The notes under the pieces were generated by a model. It saw only the letters and a list, made by a program, of their open reading frames with translations. It did not search any database and was not told the origin of the DNA. From positions 10,666,001-10,730,000 of the forward strand of contig CM119371.1 of assembly GCA_051294905.1 (NCBI GenBank): a stretch of DNA of 64,000 nt. The letters run 5' to 3'. Every line of letters starts with the position of its first letter. Within the stretch, counting starts at the first letter, position 1. Source of the DNA: Botryllus schlosseri (taxonomy: Eukaryota). Of the stretch, positions 38,780-52,200 are shown piece by piece. A program made the position numbers and the translations under genes.

Positions 38780-38956
38780 GATCGGTCACCGGCCAGCGGG
38801 CCATATTATGAACTAAGACGGGAAACTGTCCGCGGGCCGTATGTTGCCCGCCCCCTACACCCTATGAGAACCTCTGACAAGCCTTATTCGCATTTGTGAG
38901 AGAACGGTGGGCCTAAATTCGTAGTGTCCCCTGAAGTCCGTTGGGATTCTGTGGAG

Positions 38957-39814
38957 CAGTGTTTCTTAACCTTATCTCCAGCGCCCCCAGGGGGCGATTT
39001 GGATTTTGAAGTGGGCGGAAACGCGCAGGGAGCGATATGGGGAGGACTCAGTGGGTGGTATGATGGGGGGTGGGGGTGGGGGGCGCTGAAGAATAATGGC
39101 GTCGCAGTAGGGACATATGATTATATAGTAGAACAAAAGTTATATATATCCCTGAGTTCTCATTGCAAATTAACATTCGACAAAATCTGTCACATCTCGA
39201 AATTTTTCATTGCGCTACGTGCGAAATATATGCCGACAATGTTTACAACATGTTTCCACGTATGCAGTGATTTATTATATTTAATGTAAAATTAATTGCG
39301 CATACTTTTAGGTCGCCAATTCCCCCAAATCGAAGAAAGGGTCATTGTAGGAGTGATAGTGAGAGCCCTTTGTGCATCAAAGATACTTTGAAACTTTTTG
39401 GTCAACATGATTTGTATTTGAGAGCTACAAAATTATATCTTCATAATATTTCTTCATCGTATCATAAAGGATGATACTGTTTAGTGTTGTGAACCGCAAC
39501 CTTACAGGTACGTTATTATATAATAGGGATTGCTTTGTTTGGAATACATTCATGTTAAGGTTAATCGACCGGATGGTATGAGCCAGTACCCGATGGTTGA
39601 TTTGATTACGAATATAGCACACACAATTATCATAGCGTTAATAATTCACGTGGTCCTCTGGCGCGATTCAAGCTGGCGAAGTCGCAACCCGAATAGACCG
39701 ACCTGACTTCGAACTCTTGCCCCTTGTTTTAATACTGTCCTTAAAATAAGGGGGCGCCAGACCCAGGCAATTTTCGAAAGGGGGTGCTGCAGTAAAAAGG
39801 GTTAACAACCACTG
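38957..39814. mobile_element. hAT Buster-type MITE, same end family as 4562-6442
   Basis: cagtgtttcttaacctt...ggttaacaaccactg; TSD ctgtggag/ctgtagag. Confidence 0.88.
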
Positions 39815-40479
39815 CTGTAGAGTATGTGAATTCAACCTGATAGTGCAAAATCATGAATGACCTGCATTGCGTCTCATAAAGTGAAATGTGACAGGAACAT
39901 GACTAATATATGTATATTGCACAGTTACGTGACCTACGTTTTTGAAGTCATCTCCTTAATCACTTTCTATCAATAAATATGTTCACGATGGTGACGGATG
40001 ATTACAAATTATTTGTAATATATGCAAGCACCAACATTATTTCGAAATACATTCATTAGCTTAAAAAAAATCCGATAGAAGAAATATATAGTCCGGTTAT
40101 ATATTTGTGTCTGCTCATGAAAAGCACAATGCACAACGTGATTCATATTACCCAAGGCTATGTAATCAAAAGATAGGAGGATTCCTAATCGACCTGTCAC
40201 AGTCTATTAATCTGGCATCCAGGTCGTCCGAGAACCTGATGTCAATTGTTCGACGTTAATCATTATTCGGCTGTCCCCCCTTTTAGACGTTCGGTCTAGT
40301 GCACTCGCACACTGCACTCGCTTCCATTCAGACATATCAACATTATCTGCGCTTCTTAGATGAAATGGTTCACAAGTTTCAGTTTTTTTAAAAATAAATA
40401 TAGCGGTCTGGTCGATCCTTAATTTCAGTTAGAATTAGATGTAGATATGGCGAATTTGTGTGTCATTAAGGCCTACACT

Positions 40480-40767
40480 AGTGGCGAGATAGCGCAGTGG
40501 TATAATCCGCGGCTACAACACCAATGGGTGCGGGTTCGAGTCCGACCGAGGTCGACTTCCGAATTCCGATATCTAAGTGTTGGAGGTTTACCTAGGCTCC
40601 TCCTCGCCACCTCATCCGCGTCAGCGGTGTCTTACAAAAAGCCTAGAGGTGGGCCGTGCTATAAGTCGGCAGTTACGGAAAAATACAAAGAATATCGGCC
40701 TGGTGTAAATGACCACAGTAGTCGACAAACACCATGAATACCCCAAAAAACAAACAAAAAAACAAAC
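40480..40767 (+). mobile_element. tRNA-derived SINE
   Basis: A box TAGCGCAGTGG (40490-40500), B box GGTTCGAGTCC (40533-40543), CAAA-rich tail, perfect 12-bp TSD AAGGCCTACACT (40468-40479, 40768-40779). Confidence 0.93.
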
Positions 40768-43150
40768 AAGGCCTACACTCAATTCGGTCTTTAACGCTAT
40801 GGACGCATTAGTTATGGAGTGACATCCAGTTCCGCAAATGCTTCATGCTGTATTGATGCCATGAGCGCCGGCTTATCCAGTTTAACTAGTTTTATCGACG
40901 ACATCATCCTTACTGACGCAGAGGAACGATTATCAGGCCCCTGAAGAAGTTTGTTGCAGACCAAATGACAATACCAACCATAGCAATCTCCAGGGATCAA
41001 ATTAGATATATTAGCCTGGTAGATTCAGGAGTCAGGACCTATCTATATTAAAAAAAGAACTCCTGCATGTAGTCAAAAGGCAAACCATTGCTAGTGTGAC
41101 GTCACATTGACAGAAAATGTGTTTATACCTCATTTTGAAATCCTCTAGCGGGCGCTAAAGAGCACCCAGAGTTTGAGCCACAAAAATATAGTAACCCTAC
41201 ACTAATCTAATTTTTTGTGTCAGCTTACTATACGCAGCGAAATCGAGAGTGGCTACGTAATAAAAATGGTCGCGCCAGGCGCGAAATTTTTTTAGATTCA
41301 TCGATGGTTTTCGTCATTCTATTAGTAGTTTCACTTATTTCTTTCAAACATTTATCCTTTCTCAACCCATGTGATCGGATTCATCGGTAGAGTCGGTGGC
41401 GGGCTTGTCTTCGGAAATGCAAGGTATAAATGATGATGGATCTTTGGGTGGGCCAACTGTTATCAGTCACTTTCTTTCCAGCTGTTATTTCTTGGCCTCC
41501 CATCAGGATTGTCAGTATAGTGGAAATGGAAATATATTGGAATCGCCCAAACGTACTCGAAACAAATTCATTTCGTGAGGATCACACGATTCCGAGTTGG
41601 TATATGAGGCGCATCATCTTCCTCTGATGTTCGCATCTATACTGTGGGGATTGGATTGCAAATTGCGTTACTATATATTTAAAAAAAGATGTAGCAGTGA
41701 ATCGCGCGTAGCGCTAAGAAAATATGAAGATTATTTGAAATCTCTCAAAAATCCGTAATTTCAATTTGCTTGTCGAAGGCCGCTAACGCACACTAATGGA
41801 ATTAGGTGTCGACGGCCGCACAAAGTTCCGTCTACGGCCGCAGGTTGGCCACCCCTGCTCCAAAACAGTAAAGATGAGACTGCATATGTAGGGCTGTAGC
41901 TCAGCGCTATGTTACCGCCAAACAATTTGTCATTTGAGTGGTACGGTTAATAAAATGATACCGGTTAACAATCGTCTCCGCCTCTGAAGTTTTCTTCTCG
42001 GCTTGGAGTAACTGATTAAATAACAGGTCGCTGTCAGTAGAACAAGTGAGGGGTGGCTACCCTCGCGTGTGCTGCACCGATTTGATTAAGTCGTGTTACT
42101 GACGAATATGCAGTCAATTCGCATTCATTTTCTTTGATTGTTGGTTTTGCTTTAAAATGCACATCTAAATCGCATTTAGTTCCAAAATATACCACATGGC
42201 TGTAACGAAAAGAAAATTATAAATATGTAGCTTGAAAAAGGTTACCGAACCCTCTAGCGACGGTAAAGTGTCGGATGGTGTGTCGGACATGGCCAACTGT
42301 CGTTTTTCATTGTGTCGGATGCTCAAATGTAAAGATACCCTATTGATTAGTGCGGACGGTTTAACATCACATCAGCGTTTACACAAGGAATTTGGCGCAC
42401 ACGACGAACCCTATGCAGTTAACCTTGATTTATTGCCTCAATGACGTCACGTATCGTCGATTGTGACGTAACAGTTGGCATTGATGTATGGCATTTGGGA
42501 ATTACAACTGAAAATTTCGGGTTAATATGATTCTTTTGTCGAAAAAGGTTCCCGACCCCTGCTATATATTGGATTTGAAAGGTTGTAGATTTTCGTTTTT
42601 GTACCTAAGTGAAAATTTGATGTTCGCTGGAAGCTTTCAGATTAACGCAAGGGATCGCCAAGTTAGTAAATGTTAAGAACCAACCACTGATCTATAAGGT
42701 CACGTTATGTTAGGAATTGATGGCGACTCATTCAGTAACTGCGATATGAATGTTATGTAGCCATACCAAAGACATGATATTACATTCCATGCACTTTCGA
42801 CTTCGTTCTTGAAATCAACTACACTCGATATATCTACAAGGGCTAAATTTAGTATAATATTTAATATAAAATGCTCGCAACTGATACTTTCGAACGTTCA
42901 CTAAGGGAATTGCGATATGTAGTAATCAGATTTAGCATGACATCATTAATCGATATATATATGTAAATGTGTAACGTTATCGTCACGTCGCTTTAATGTT
43001 TACGAATAGAGAAAAACAAAGAAAGACCTAATGGCCTGAGTAAAAGTATGAATATTATTACATAAACCATAGTAATATAGTATCCAGAAAAGCTCAATCG
43101 TTTCATTATTCAGAACGCTTCTATACGCTACGGAAAAAAGAACGGGAAAA

Positions 43151-43211
43151 ATGAACCAGCAGGGTGAATCGGTATACGAAGCAGGATATCTCGATATTTA
43201 CGAAACAACAA
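43151..43211 (+). CDS. Putative first coding exon of gene 2 (Tyr-rich cytoplasmic tail)
   Basis: Acceptor-like ttattcag at 43113, AAAAATG start, MNQQGESVYEAGYLDIYETT-A|gtaaag; phase 1 matches the TM exon. Confidence 0.55.
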
Positions 43212-46200
43212 GTAAAGTTTGATTTAAATAATTTAATTTCAACGTAAATATATTTGACTCTATACTACTATGTGTGACTAGGTGTGCTGCATAATTGGGA
43301 GAGTTTCACGTACAGAATTAGTTGGTCATTTTCCGTGACTGTTGCCCATTACTTCGGTCATTTCATACCAAGCCGATAGTTGTCGTTCTGATGACTGATC
43401 TACCGAGTGCCGACTTTTAGAATGGCTCAATTTCGGCCAAAGCTTTTTGCGAAACACCGCTTACGCAGGTCGAATCGGATTAAAAACCTTCAACTGTTAG
43501 GACGACATTTTGGAGTCGATTTCTGTCGGATTCGAACCCGAAATCCACTATGGTGTAGTGATGGAGGTTTATCTAGGCTCTTCCTCGCCATCTCATCCGC
43601 GTAAGCGGTGTCTTACAAAAATCCTAGAAGTGGGCCGTGCTACAAGTCGGCAGATACGGAGTCAAATATAAACAATATCGGCCTGGTGTAAATGACCATA
43701 GTTGTCGACACACCATGAATACCACAGAACCAGGGCTTTGGAGCTGCCGTAAATTTGCATTGCTCCAGCTCCGGCTCCGGATCTTTCTTCTATCTTACAC
43801 TAGCTCCGGCTCCAGCTCCGGAGCCGCATTATTACCACTGCTCCGGCTCCAGCTCCGGCTCCGGCTCTGTAAACTATCGAAGGTGCCTGTGTATATCTGG
43901 GGTGGGCAACCCGCGGCCTGCGGGCCATATGTGGCCCGCGAGAAGGTTTTGAGTAGCCCGCGAGCTAATTTCCCATTATATTATCGAAATCCTGCTATAT
44001 TATCGAAATTGAATTGCTCAGATTGTGAACTTGCAAGGCCAACCAAAAATATGATTAGTCTGACCGCAACACTTGGGATGTTGATGAGTAAAATATCAGT
44101 TCTGACGCATTGACAGATCCATGGTCCAGTCACATTTCAAGTAAATCATCATACATTACAATAAACTAGAATAGTAGTAAATTTTTCTTCAACCTTCGCG
44201 TGTTTAATTGTCACACGATTTCTTGCTTTGTAGCTAGCTACCCTCCCCTGAAAATAAAAAAAACGCCTGATTTAGCCGATTGAGTCTAACTATATTCGCA
44301 ATTACGAGAGAAAGTCTTTTCGCGTTTGCGCTCGCAGAAAGATCGTCGACGAAGAAATGAAGGCACAAAATGATTGTCGTATATTAGCGGAAATCTTCGA
44401 TATCGATATGTCCATATGCCGAATAGTCCTGTCCTTGTAAACTGGGCCCAGCGAGCGGTATACAGTTGACCCGCAATATACCTGTCACGGTGGATATTAT
44501 TTTCTTTATGGCTCACTCGCCACTTATACTGCTTCGGAGCGCACGTGTGTTCATTTACGTGAGCGACGTGGTGAGAGTAGCCAGCTTTGTTTTGTTGTTG
44601 TTGGTCTGTTTTATTTATTGTTTAATACTGGTTGTATTAAGGATATTACCAGCAATTTTTCAACGGTATTTTAATAAGATATTCGTCCATTTGGAGTTCT
44701 TGTTTCGTGCCAGTTGAGAGAGGAGATCCAGAGTCAGCCTACTCCAATCACATTCTTCATAAGTCTCTACTTGGAGACGACAATACCCAAGTAATAATAA
44801 TATTAACTTTGAAAATTTCTCGCGCCTGGCGCGCCTAGTGGGCAGCGCACTCTTTCGTCAATTTCATGTGGCCCTTTAGCCGAAAAGGTTAGCCATCACT
44901 GGTCTATATCGATTACTAATTTACCCGTAGGTTAGTTATCTATAGTAATCTAGAGTCTGTCAGCCGTCAGTGACATCGGATGCAGCAACGAAGATATAGG
45001 TGCCACCGTGTCGGTTTGTGAGGTCATAATGAATACTTGTCAATTGTCGATAACATCATAGTTGCACTGCACAAGAACACACTTTACTTCATGCCATTGC
45101 TGTGTATGGTATGAATATAGAATGCAAACATTTGTTTACATTCTATTGTATGAACATTCTGATGCGGCGTTTTAACACTGGCACTGTACTCGTTAACATT
45201 AAGCCATACAGCTCAATTCAATCTTTAAATAAGCGATTATTATTCAACTGTAACTGTAGTAAGAGCAAAATGGGCGGAGATCACGACCTCATCAATAAAA
45301 ATTCGATTGGTACCAAATGGCCAATGGTTTGACGTTTGATATTGGTGCACTCGTTGCCAATCCCTCTGGTGTCGATCAAGTTTATCGGAATATAATATTT
45401 TCCCATTGAAACGAATTGAATTAAACACTTTACCATGCACATTGCGCCATGCCCATAACGAATTAAACTATGCAGTATGTACATTGCACATTTACAAGTC
45501 ACAGTGAGCGATAATCCGGGAATACTATGTAGTATCAAGCAGACATCAAGAATGAATTTACGAAACAGATGATTACAAATTGGAAATCGCTTATCAAATC
45601 AGTAATATGTCTCCAACATAAATACCCTGGGCTCCTGACATCGAATTGAGTCGCTCGCACCGCGACAATTGTTCTGCTCAGTGTAACGGCGTTTTGGGTT
45701 ACTCTTCTGCCATCCCCTATTCACGCTCGAAAGCCTTACTGGAGTGAATGACGATCATGCGGCGTAAGGAATTCCGATTCGCATGCATAATTGTATATTT
45801 GTATACTCCCTAACACTGTCCAATTCCGCGGCCCGATTAACGAACTGTCACGAAAGAACGAGTATTTGCTCATCCGATTCATAGCAACAATGATATGGAA
45901 TTTCGCTGCTCGTTCTCATCATATCGACATGTGCATTGTGCAACGAAATCACGTTTTTATCCTCTCTCCCATTTTGCGTAATACATAGTGATCATTATTT
46001 TCGAACCGTACAATTGGCCAACAAGGTTGTGCTGATGATGAAATTGCGGGTATGCCGAATACCCATAATATTCACAGGCATATCTAGCATACCGAGGTTC
46101 GGCATTCATGTATGAAAATTGAACATTGAACATATGACTGCTCTGCTGTTAAATCCCCAGGAACATAGTCGGATAAGGTAGCGCCAAAGAGTAAAAGATT

Positions 46201-49200
46201 CTCAATTTCGCGAAGGCCTGCTGTCGAATTATTTGAACTCCGCAGATATGGTTGTTGCTTCGGATCCGGCTCCGGCTGAATTTTATATAGAGCTCCGGCT
46301 CCGCTAAAAATGCATGGCTCCGGGGCTCCAGCTCCGGCTCCAAAGCCCTGCACAGAACAACAAACTATGATGTAGCTGGGAACGTGTCATGCGTGATCTT
46401 GCCACCGCGAACTCTCAATTCCACGTAGGCTCATCTTTCCACTTGCGAACGCAAAGTCATTCCAGGTGCAGAGTAGCCTACATATATATGCTTATTGCTT
46501 ATCTAATACCAGAGGCGGTCAAAGTAGTCAAGAAAGCTACTCAAGTAGAAGTAGAAGTAGCGACGAAAAAATCTACTCAAGTACAAGTAGAAGTACTTCT
46601 TTCATGAGCAACCTGAAACTACTTGAAGTAGAAGTAGAATTGTCTGACTTTAAAAGTACTCAAGTAAGTAAGTAGTTGTGAAAACGATCCTGATTTGATG
46701 GATTATAAAAAGGTGCAAATTGAGCTATGTGATAGGTGACGAGCTTGATTCATATTGATGCATAGCAGCAGGTATCCAATTTTCGATAGCATAAGCATTC
46801 GCCCACATCATGGGATGAAATGATAGTACAGTATTGATAAGGAAATGCGATGCTAATCCTCTATTTTCTCGAACAGCACGTTTTGGAAAATAGCATGGTA
46901 TGGCGCCATCCCCCATATTATAAGGCCCGTAGTTTAGTCGAGGAGCAATACGGAGAAGTTATATAGGATATGGTGTAAACACTTTGCGCGGTTACTAAAC
47001 GTTAATAAAAAATATGGTGGACCGTAAAAGTGCCATATTGCGTACCTTTATTTCCAGACATTAAAGGCATTACTGCACTTGCTTCTATACTTCAACATGT
47101 ATGTTATCCAGACAAAATAACTGATATTAATTATAACTCAAAGTATATGATACTGGGAATTGAAAGTGAAATATTAATACTACTTCTAAAAGCAGAATAT
47201 GTATTTCATGTTTTTAGTCCAGAAAGTTTCAAAGGTGGTATGCTAAAACAGCTCTAAAACTAAAAAAAATCAAAGTCCACTCTTCCAGATTAGGACACGC
47301 CATGGACATGCTAAATTACGATATGACAAGAAAATGCTAGATTGCGAAACATCAGTTTCAAACGTTGTGATGAGCCATATATACTGTGATGAATTATTTC
47401 ATACAGGCGAAGGGTGACAATGTGGCGTGAACGGAACCACTCCAACCCTCCACCTAAATTATATTCACCGATACTTTCGTGAAATCATACCGGTCACTCC
47501 GTAGCCACTGCGCGCGAAGCGCGACGAAAATTCTGGGCTTCACAAAACTTTTATGAAAATTCCGTGAAAGCAGCTCCGAAATTCCTCAGGCTATCTTCCT
47601 GATTGAAAGATTGAACTACTTCTACTTGACAAAGTCAAAACAGCGACAAGTAAGTAAGTAGATCACAAAATATTAAGAAGTAGAAGTAGAAGTAGCGAAA
47701 ATCAGATCTACTTGAGTAAGTACCAGAAGTAGAGGAAAACTACTTGAGTACTTCGAAAAAGTACAAGTACTTCGTTACTGACCACCTCTGTCTAATACCC
47801 TCAGAAGGGCACACACGTCCAAAATATATCGATACCTGTCTCGGTGTATTATTTGGCGTAATAGACAATCTCAATAAATTGGCGACGAGGAAAGTGCTTT
47901 AGTTTGCTCTCAAAAAATTGAAAATTTCGTACTAAAACACAGAGCGCAATAGAAGGCAATGTTGTGACAATATGCACCTAAATGCTCTACCATACAGTGA
48001 TGTTACAGGATGTGAATGGCAAAGACGGCAACGCCGGTGCACGATCGGGTAATAACTTACCTCAATGGACCTCTAAAGCGAATCATCATATAAACGTCAG
48101 TGGCATGAGAAAATTTCTCTGTGATATATGAGACAGGGTATGCCGAGCGTTTATTTATCTCATACCGAAACTATCTGGCATGGTGTAAATCGGATAACTA
48201 TACGACTATGCCAGAACAAAACATGAGCAACTATAGCGGTGGGAACACAGACCTTGAGCCATCTTTGTGCGGAACCTATGTTACGAACGTATCTTGTTTT
48301 CCATTTCAATTAGTCACTGTTGATTGCCAGCAAATCAATTTCGATCAGACGCTTGGAATCACCCTTATGTTACCAATGCTGAGTTACATAAACAGTTATA
48401 CATTATCCCTTAGAGCGCCCATATTTCTATACAGTAATTTTATCATGGAATTTTGCTGTATATTACGGGTACCCTTCACATAAACCTATTGTCAGCCGAA
48501 TTTGAGCATGCAACAAAATGAAAACCGATAGTTGAGCTTGTGACTTTTGAGCAATTCACTTTATTACCCCACGATGAACCGGAACCTCAACACCAACCCC
48601 TAAATAAACCTTATGACTAACCCTTACGCTGCGCAAACCCTGCTGTTAACCCATGTGCTTAAGTGTCGCATGCCCATGTGCCCAAGGACTAATCACTTTA
48701 TCCAAAGTAACTTGTAAATCATTTTGGCCTGCGTTGAAGATGGTCAAGAAGGGCGGACAACTCCACTATGCTCCACAATATTACAATTAATAAGAATAAA
48801 GACGACAAGTGGGGTTGACACGGTCTTGGTTGCCAGGAATCCAGTGAGCGTTCATATGAGCGTTCATATAGCTCGGATTAGGTGCTACGTTGAATATCGG
48901 ACAATACCATAAATGGCGATCGACGACCGTGCTTATGAGAAACCTCGGCCAGCTCACTACTGTTCCATTATTATAAGGTAACTATATTTTGTATATCTGA
49001 AAAGAGGACACTTTTTCAGAATTTTCATACTTAGAATACTGAAGTAAGATCCTGAAAAAAAGTAAATTTTCCCGACGTCGTGGTCGGTTGACTCAAAAAA
49101 GGTCATCTTTCCGGTTCAAATCTGGAATTATCGGCTTTCCGTGAGATTTTCCGTTGGTTGATTAAAAAGAAGGCCAATCACGTCGGGCCGTTACTTGGCC

Positions 49201-52200
49201 GCTGATTTCATAAATCTTAACCAAAATTCTCAAAAAAGAGGACAAATCCTCAAGGAGGACGTAAGCGTAACGTAACCCTACATTATTGACTAATCCGTGT
49301 CGATTAACACAACCGCTGGATGCCGTGCACCTTAAGGCCCTAAGGTGCAGCTGGAATCACAAAATTTTCCAAATTTTTTTTATTGCAGAATCTCGAAGTA
49401 TGAAACTAGTTCTTTTCAAAAATGTATTGCTCTTGTCTGATTTCGAATTAGAAGTATGTTGAAATACGATTTCAAATCCCCCATTTTCGTAGAAATTCAC
49501 CCCCCATACTCTTTCATTCATTTAAACTCACTCAAAATTGTCTATAAGCATTCTGCCAAGCTGATTTTATACAATAAATAGAAGAGCCATATGTCTAATC
49601 GATGAAGCGTGACTTTCAAAACATTCAGCAGCCCAGCAGCAGCCGATCGCTTACCTGGGAAGAGCTGAAAGCTGTTGATATTATGAGCGTTGTTTATCGT
49701 ATTGTATACTATTCAAGATTGCATTGGTATATTGCTAATAGCTATTAGCTAATCGCTTAATTGACGATTAGGACAAAGACATACACTACGAAGTCATTTG
49801 GCATAGGGAAAGATAAAACCGTGGTAGAAAAGAACCAGTGGTTCCTGAGCAGGAGCTGAACAATCGAAGAAATCTTTTGAAAAAGATTGGAGCTTTCACC
49901 GCCTTCAACATCTGATAATGATGGTTCGGATTCGGCGGAATCGTTTTTCCTCGCAATTTCTACATTTTTGATGCAGTTGTTCTCAACACTGTGAATTGCC
50001 TGACTGTGGCTCATCCGGCAAAGGATATTGGGACTGCACAGGCTATGCATAAGGGTTATGCAACTCAAATTAGTGTCGCAGTGTTATGATGAAATTGATG
50101 CTAAAATTGTATGTTTGAAAGATGTTGGGGGGGAAATACGCGTGTAGTATCTTGACTCATACCTACTAAAATGGGTATTTCGACAATGTCACAATATTCT
50201 TGACATGTTGTTCCGTTTTCAAAACATCTAACTGATGTTTAGTTCAAGGTTTGCAAATTTTTCGAATATGGTATGGCAGTTTTGGGAAAAAATCATCAAA
50301 TCAATCATACTTCATACGACTTATTTTGCATTTAGGCACTTTCAATTGTCTTCAAATTTGGCTATATACTGAATAAAGCATGCCTGCACCATTTAAAAAC
50401 AACAAATTTCAAATACCTGCTTTACTTTTTCACCAAAATATTTTTCAATTTTCAAAGTTGATTTTCTCCCATTTCTAGTTTTTGGTAATATGATGTCGCG
50501 GGGACACGAAATTTTGATATCAGGTGACCTTCAATCCTGATCAAACTTTGCTCAGTACTAGCAATAAGACTGTTCTACCTGGTGAACTTATTGTTTTTGC
50601 TATAGGAGTTTAGGTGTACTTACTATGTTACTGATGATCTGAATTTTGTGAAAAATATTAGAAAATTCGGCACCGTACTGATATCAAACAAATATTTTGG
50701 TAATTTTTTCGAAAATTCGTTAGTTTCAAGCAGTTCACCAGGTGGTTAGAGACCTCAGAACACTTTATGAAGCCTTGGTTAGAATCTCTCAGCATCCATT
50801 GATGAGACAGGCGTTTCCCCGTACTAACCGTCCGATTCACCAATCTCCCCCCCAATTTGGGCCCAAGGAATTACTGTGAAATGCTGAAATTTATACCGTA
50901 CATGAAGTTGGGTATGAATAGCTTACACACCAATTTTTGAGAATCTAGGATTGACTGTTCATAAAATATCGCAATTTGAAAATTTTGCGAGTCTAGCTGC
51001 ACCTTAGGGCCTTAACACTAAATAATTCGATGTAAGCGACTCTAAATTTTACTAATGGAGTGGTCGAGAGGAATATGGAGTATCAGCTATGCCAGATTGG
51101 ATTGGATTGAATACAATACTTACTGACACTAAACACATAGTCATTCCTTACTGAAACGTCGACTGTCGCTTCTGATATTTCATTGTGGTATATGGCCACA
51201 CATTAAGGTCATTCCAGAACAAATATCTCGGGCATGTGTGGTCTTTTGAATGGCAACGTAGGCATGTGAAGTAATAGGTTTGCTTCCACATCTCGCTCTC
51301 GATAAAACTTCGTAACAATAACACGCGAACCCGGACCTTTTATGATTTCGCTTTATCGCCATGTTCACCATTCATGAATTTGTATATGAATGTGGCATTG
51401 CGTTGGAGAGAAAGAGACAACTTTTCGAAAGGAACAAATGCTTCCAATAGGCATGCCCTTGATAAACGCTGGCGCTTCGACGCTATGGTAGCAGTGGTGG
51501 CTTTTGGGGTGGGCGAGGTTGGCGGTCGCCCGGGCCCTCCCCTCTTTGGTTTTAGCGCTTTTTTCAAGGGTATGTACCAATCAAAAAGATGATTGCGTTC
51601 AGATGAGTAAAAAGTCCCATATCACGAGAATCATCAAGTCTCTGCAAGTTTGCATGCCTTTTAAGTTGGTTGTGAAAGGGGGGTCTGGGGCGAAGCCCCC
51701 CAGAGGCTGCGATTACATACTTATAGGGGGCTCCCCCGGAAGTCTCGCCTAGGGCCCCCTCCAATCGTAGGGCCACCACTTTATGGTAGGCTATAATCTG
51801 ATAATTATCATAATTCGTCGTGTTTCAGTACGTAACTCTCCAGCTGATGTAAAATCGTCGGATCCGAAATCTTCTGTCCTCAAGCGAAACAAATCAAAGT
51901 CAAGATTAAAGAAAATATTATGGTTGACGTGCTTACTGGCTACATTGGTCTTCGCAGTATGCGTGATCGCGTTGCTTGCTGTGCTGTTGGACAGGCAAAC
52001 GGTAATCAGTATTTTACCATTGTTTCAAAGTATTGTATCCATAGTGTTTAGTCACAAACTGTCATTTTGCACTGGGACTGGGACAAGATTCTTTGTATGA
52101 TTCCCGAAGTGCTGACGTGTGCCACGGTAAGACACCGCTTGAACCGTACGAAAGAAAGTTACACCTGACAGTATCTGGTTACAAAGAAAGTCTAGCACAG

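Larger units (their letters stand above)
37460..38853. mobile_element. Composite Buster-type element with nested MITEs and a 16-bp minisatellite
   Basis: cagggcgggcaac ... gttgcccgccc; flanks acctacac / cctacac. Confidence 0.7.

Noticed and set aside
40482..40555. tRNA gene
   Set aside because: A and B boxes are present but there is no convincing cloverleaf; it continues into a repeated body with a tail and a 12-bp TSD, so it is a SINE.
43637..47760. Low-complexity ORFs (LRLQLRLR, APAPAPEP, VEVEV)
   Set aside because: These are translations of GCTCCG and AAGTAG transposon subterminal arrays.
48009..48290. Extra cytoplasmic-tail exon candidates (DVNGKDGNAGARS; IYETGY...DNYTTM)
   Set aside because: I found no phase-compatible chain with good splice sites linking them to 43211 and 51829. 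Cannot be excluded without RNA data.
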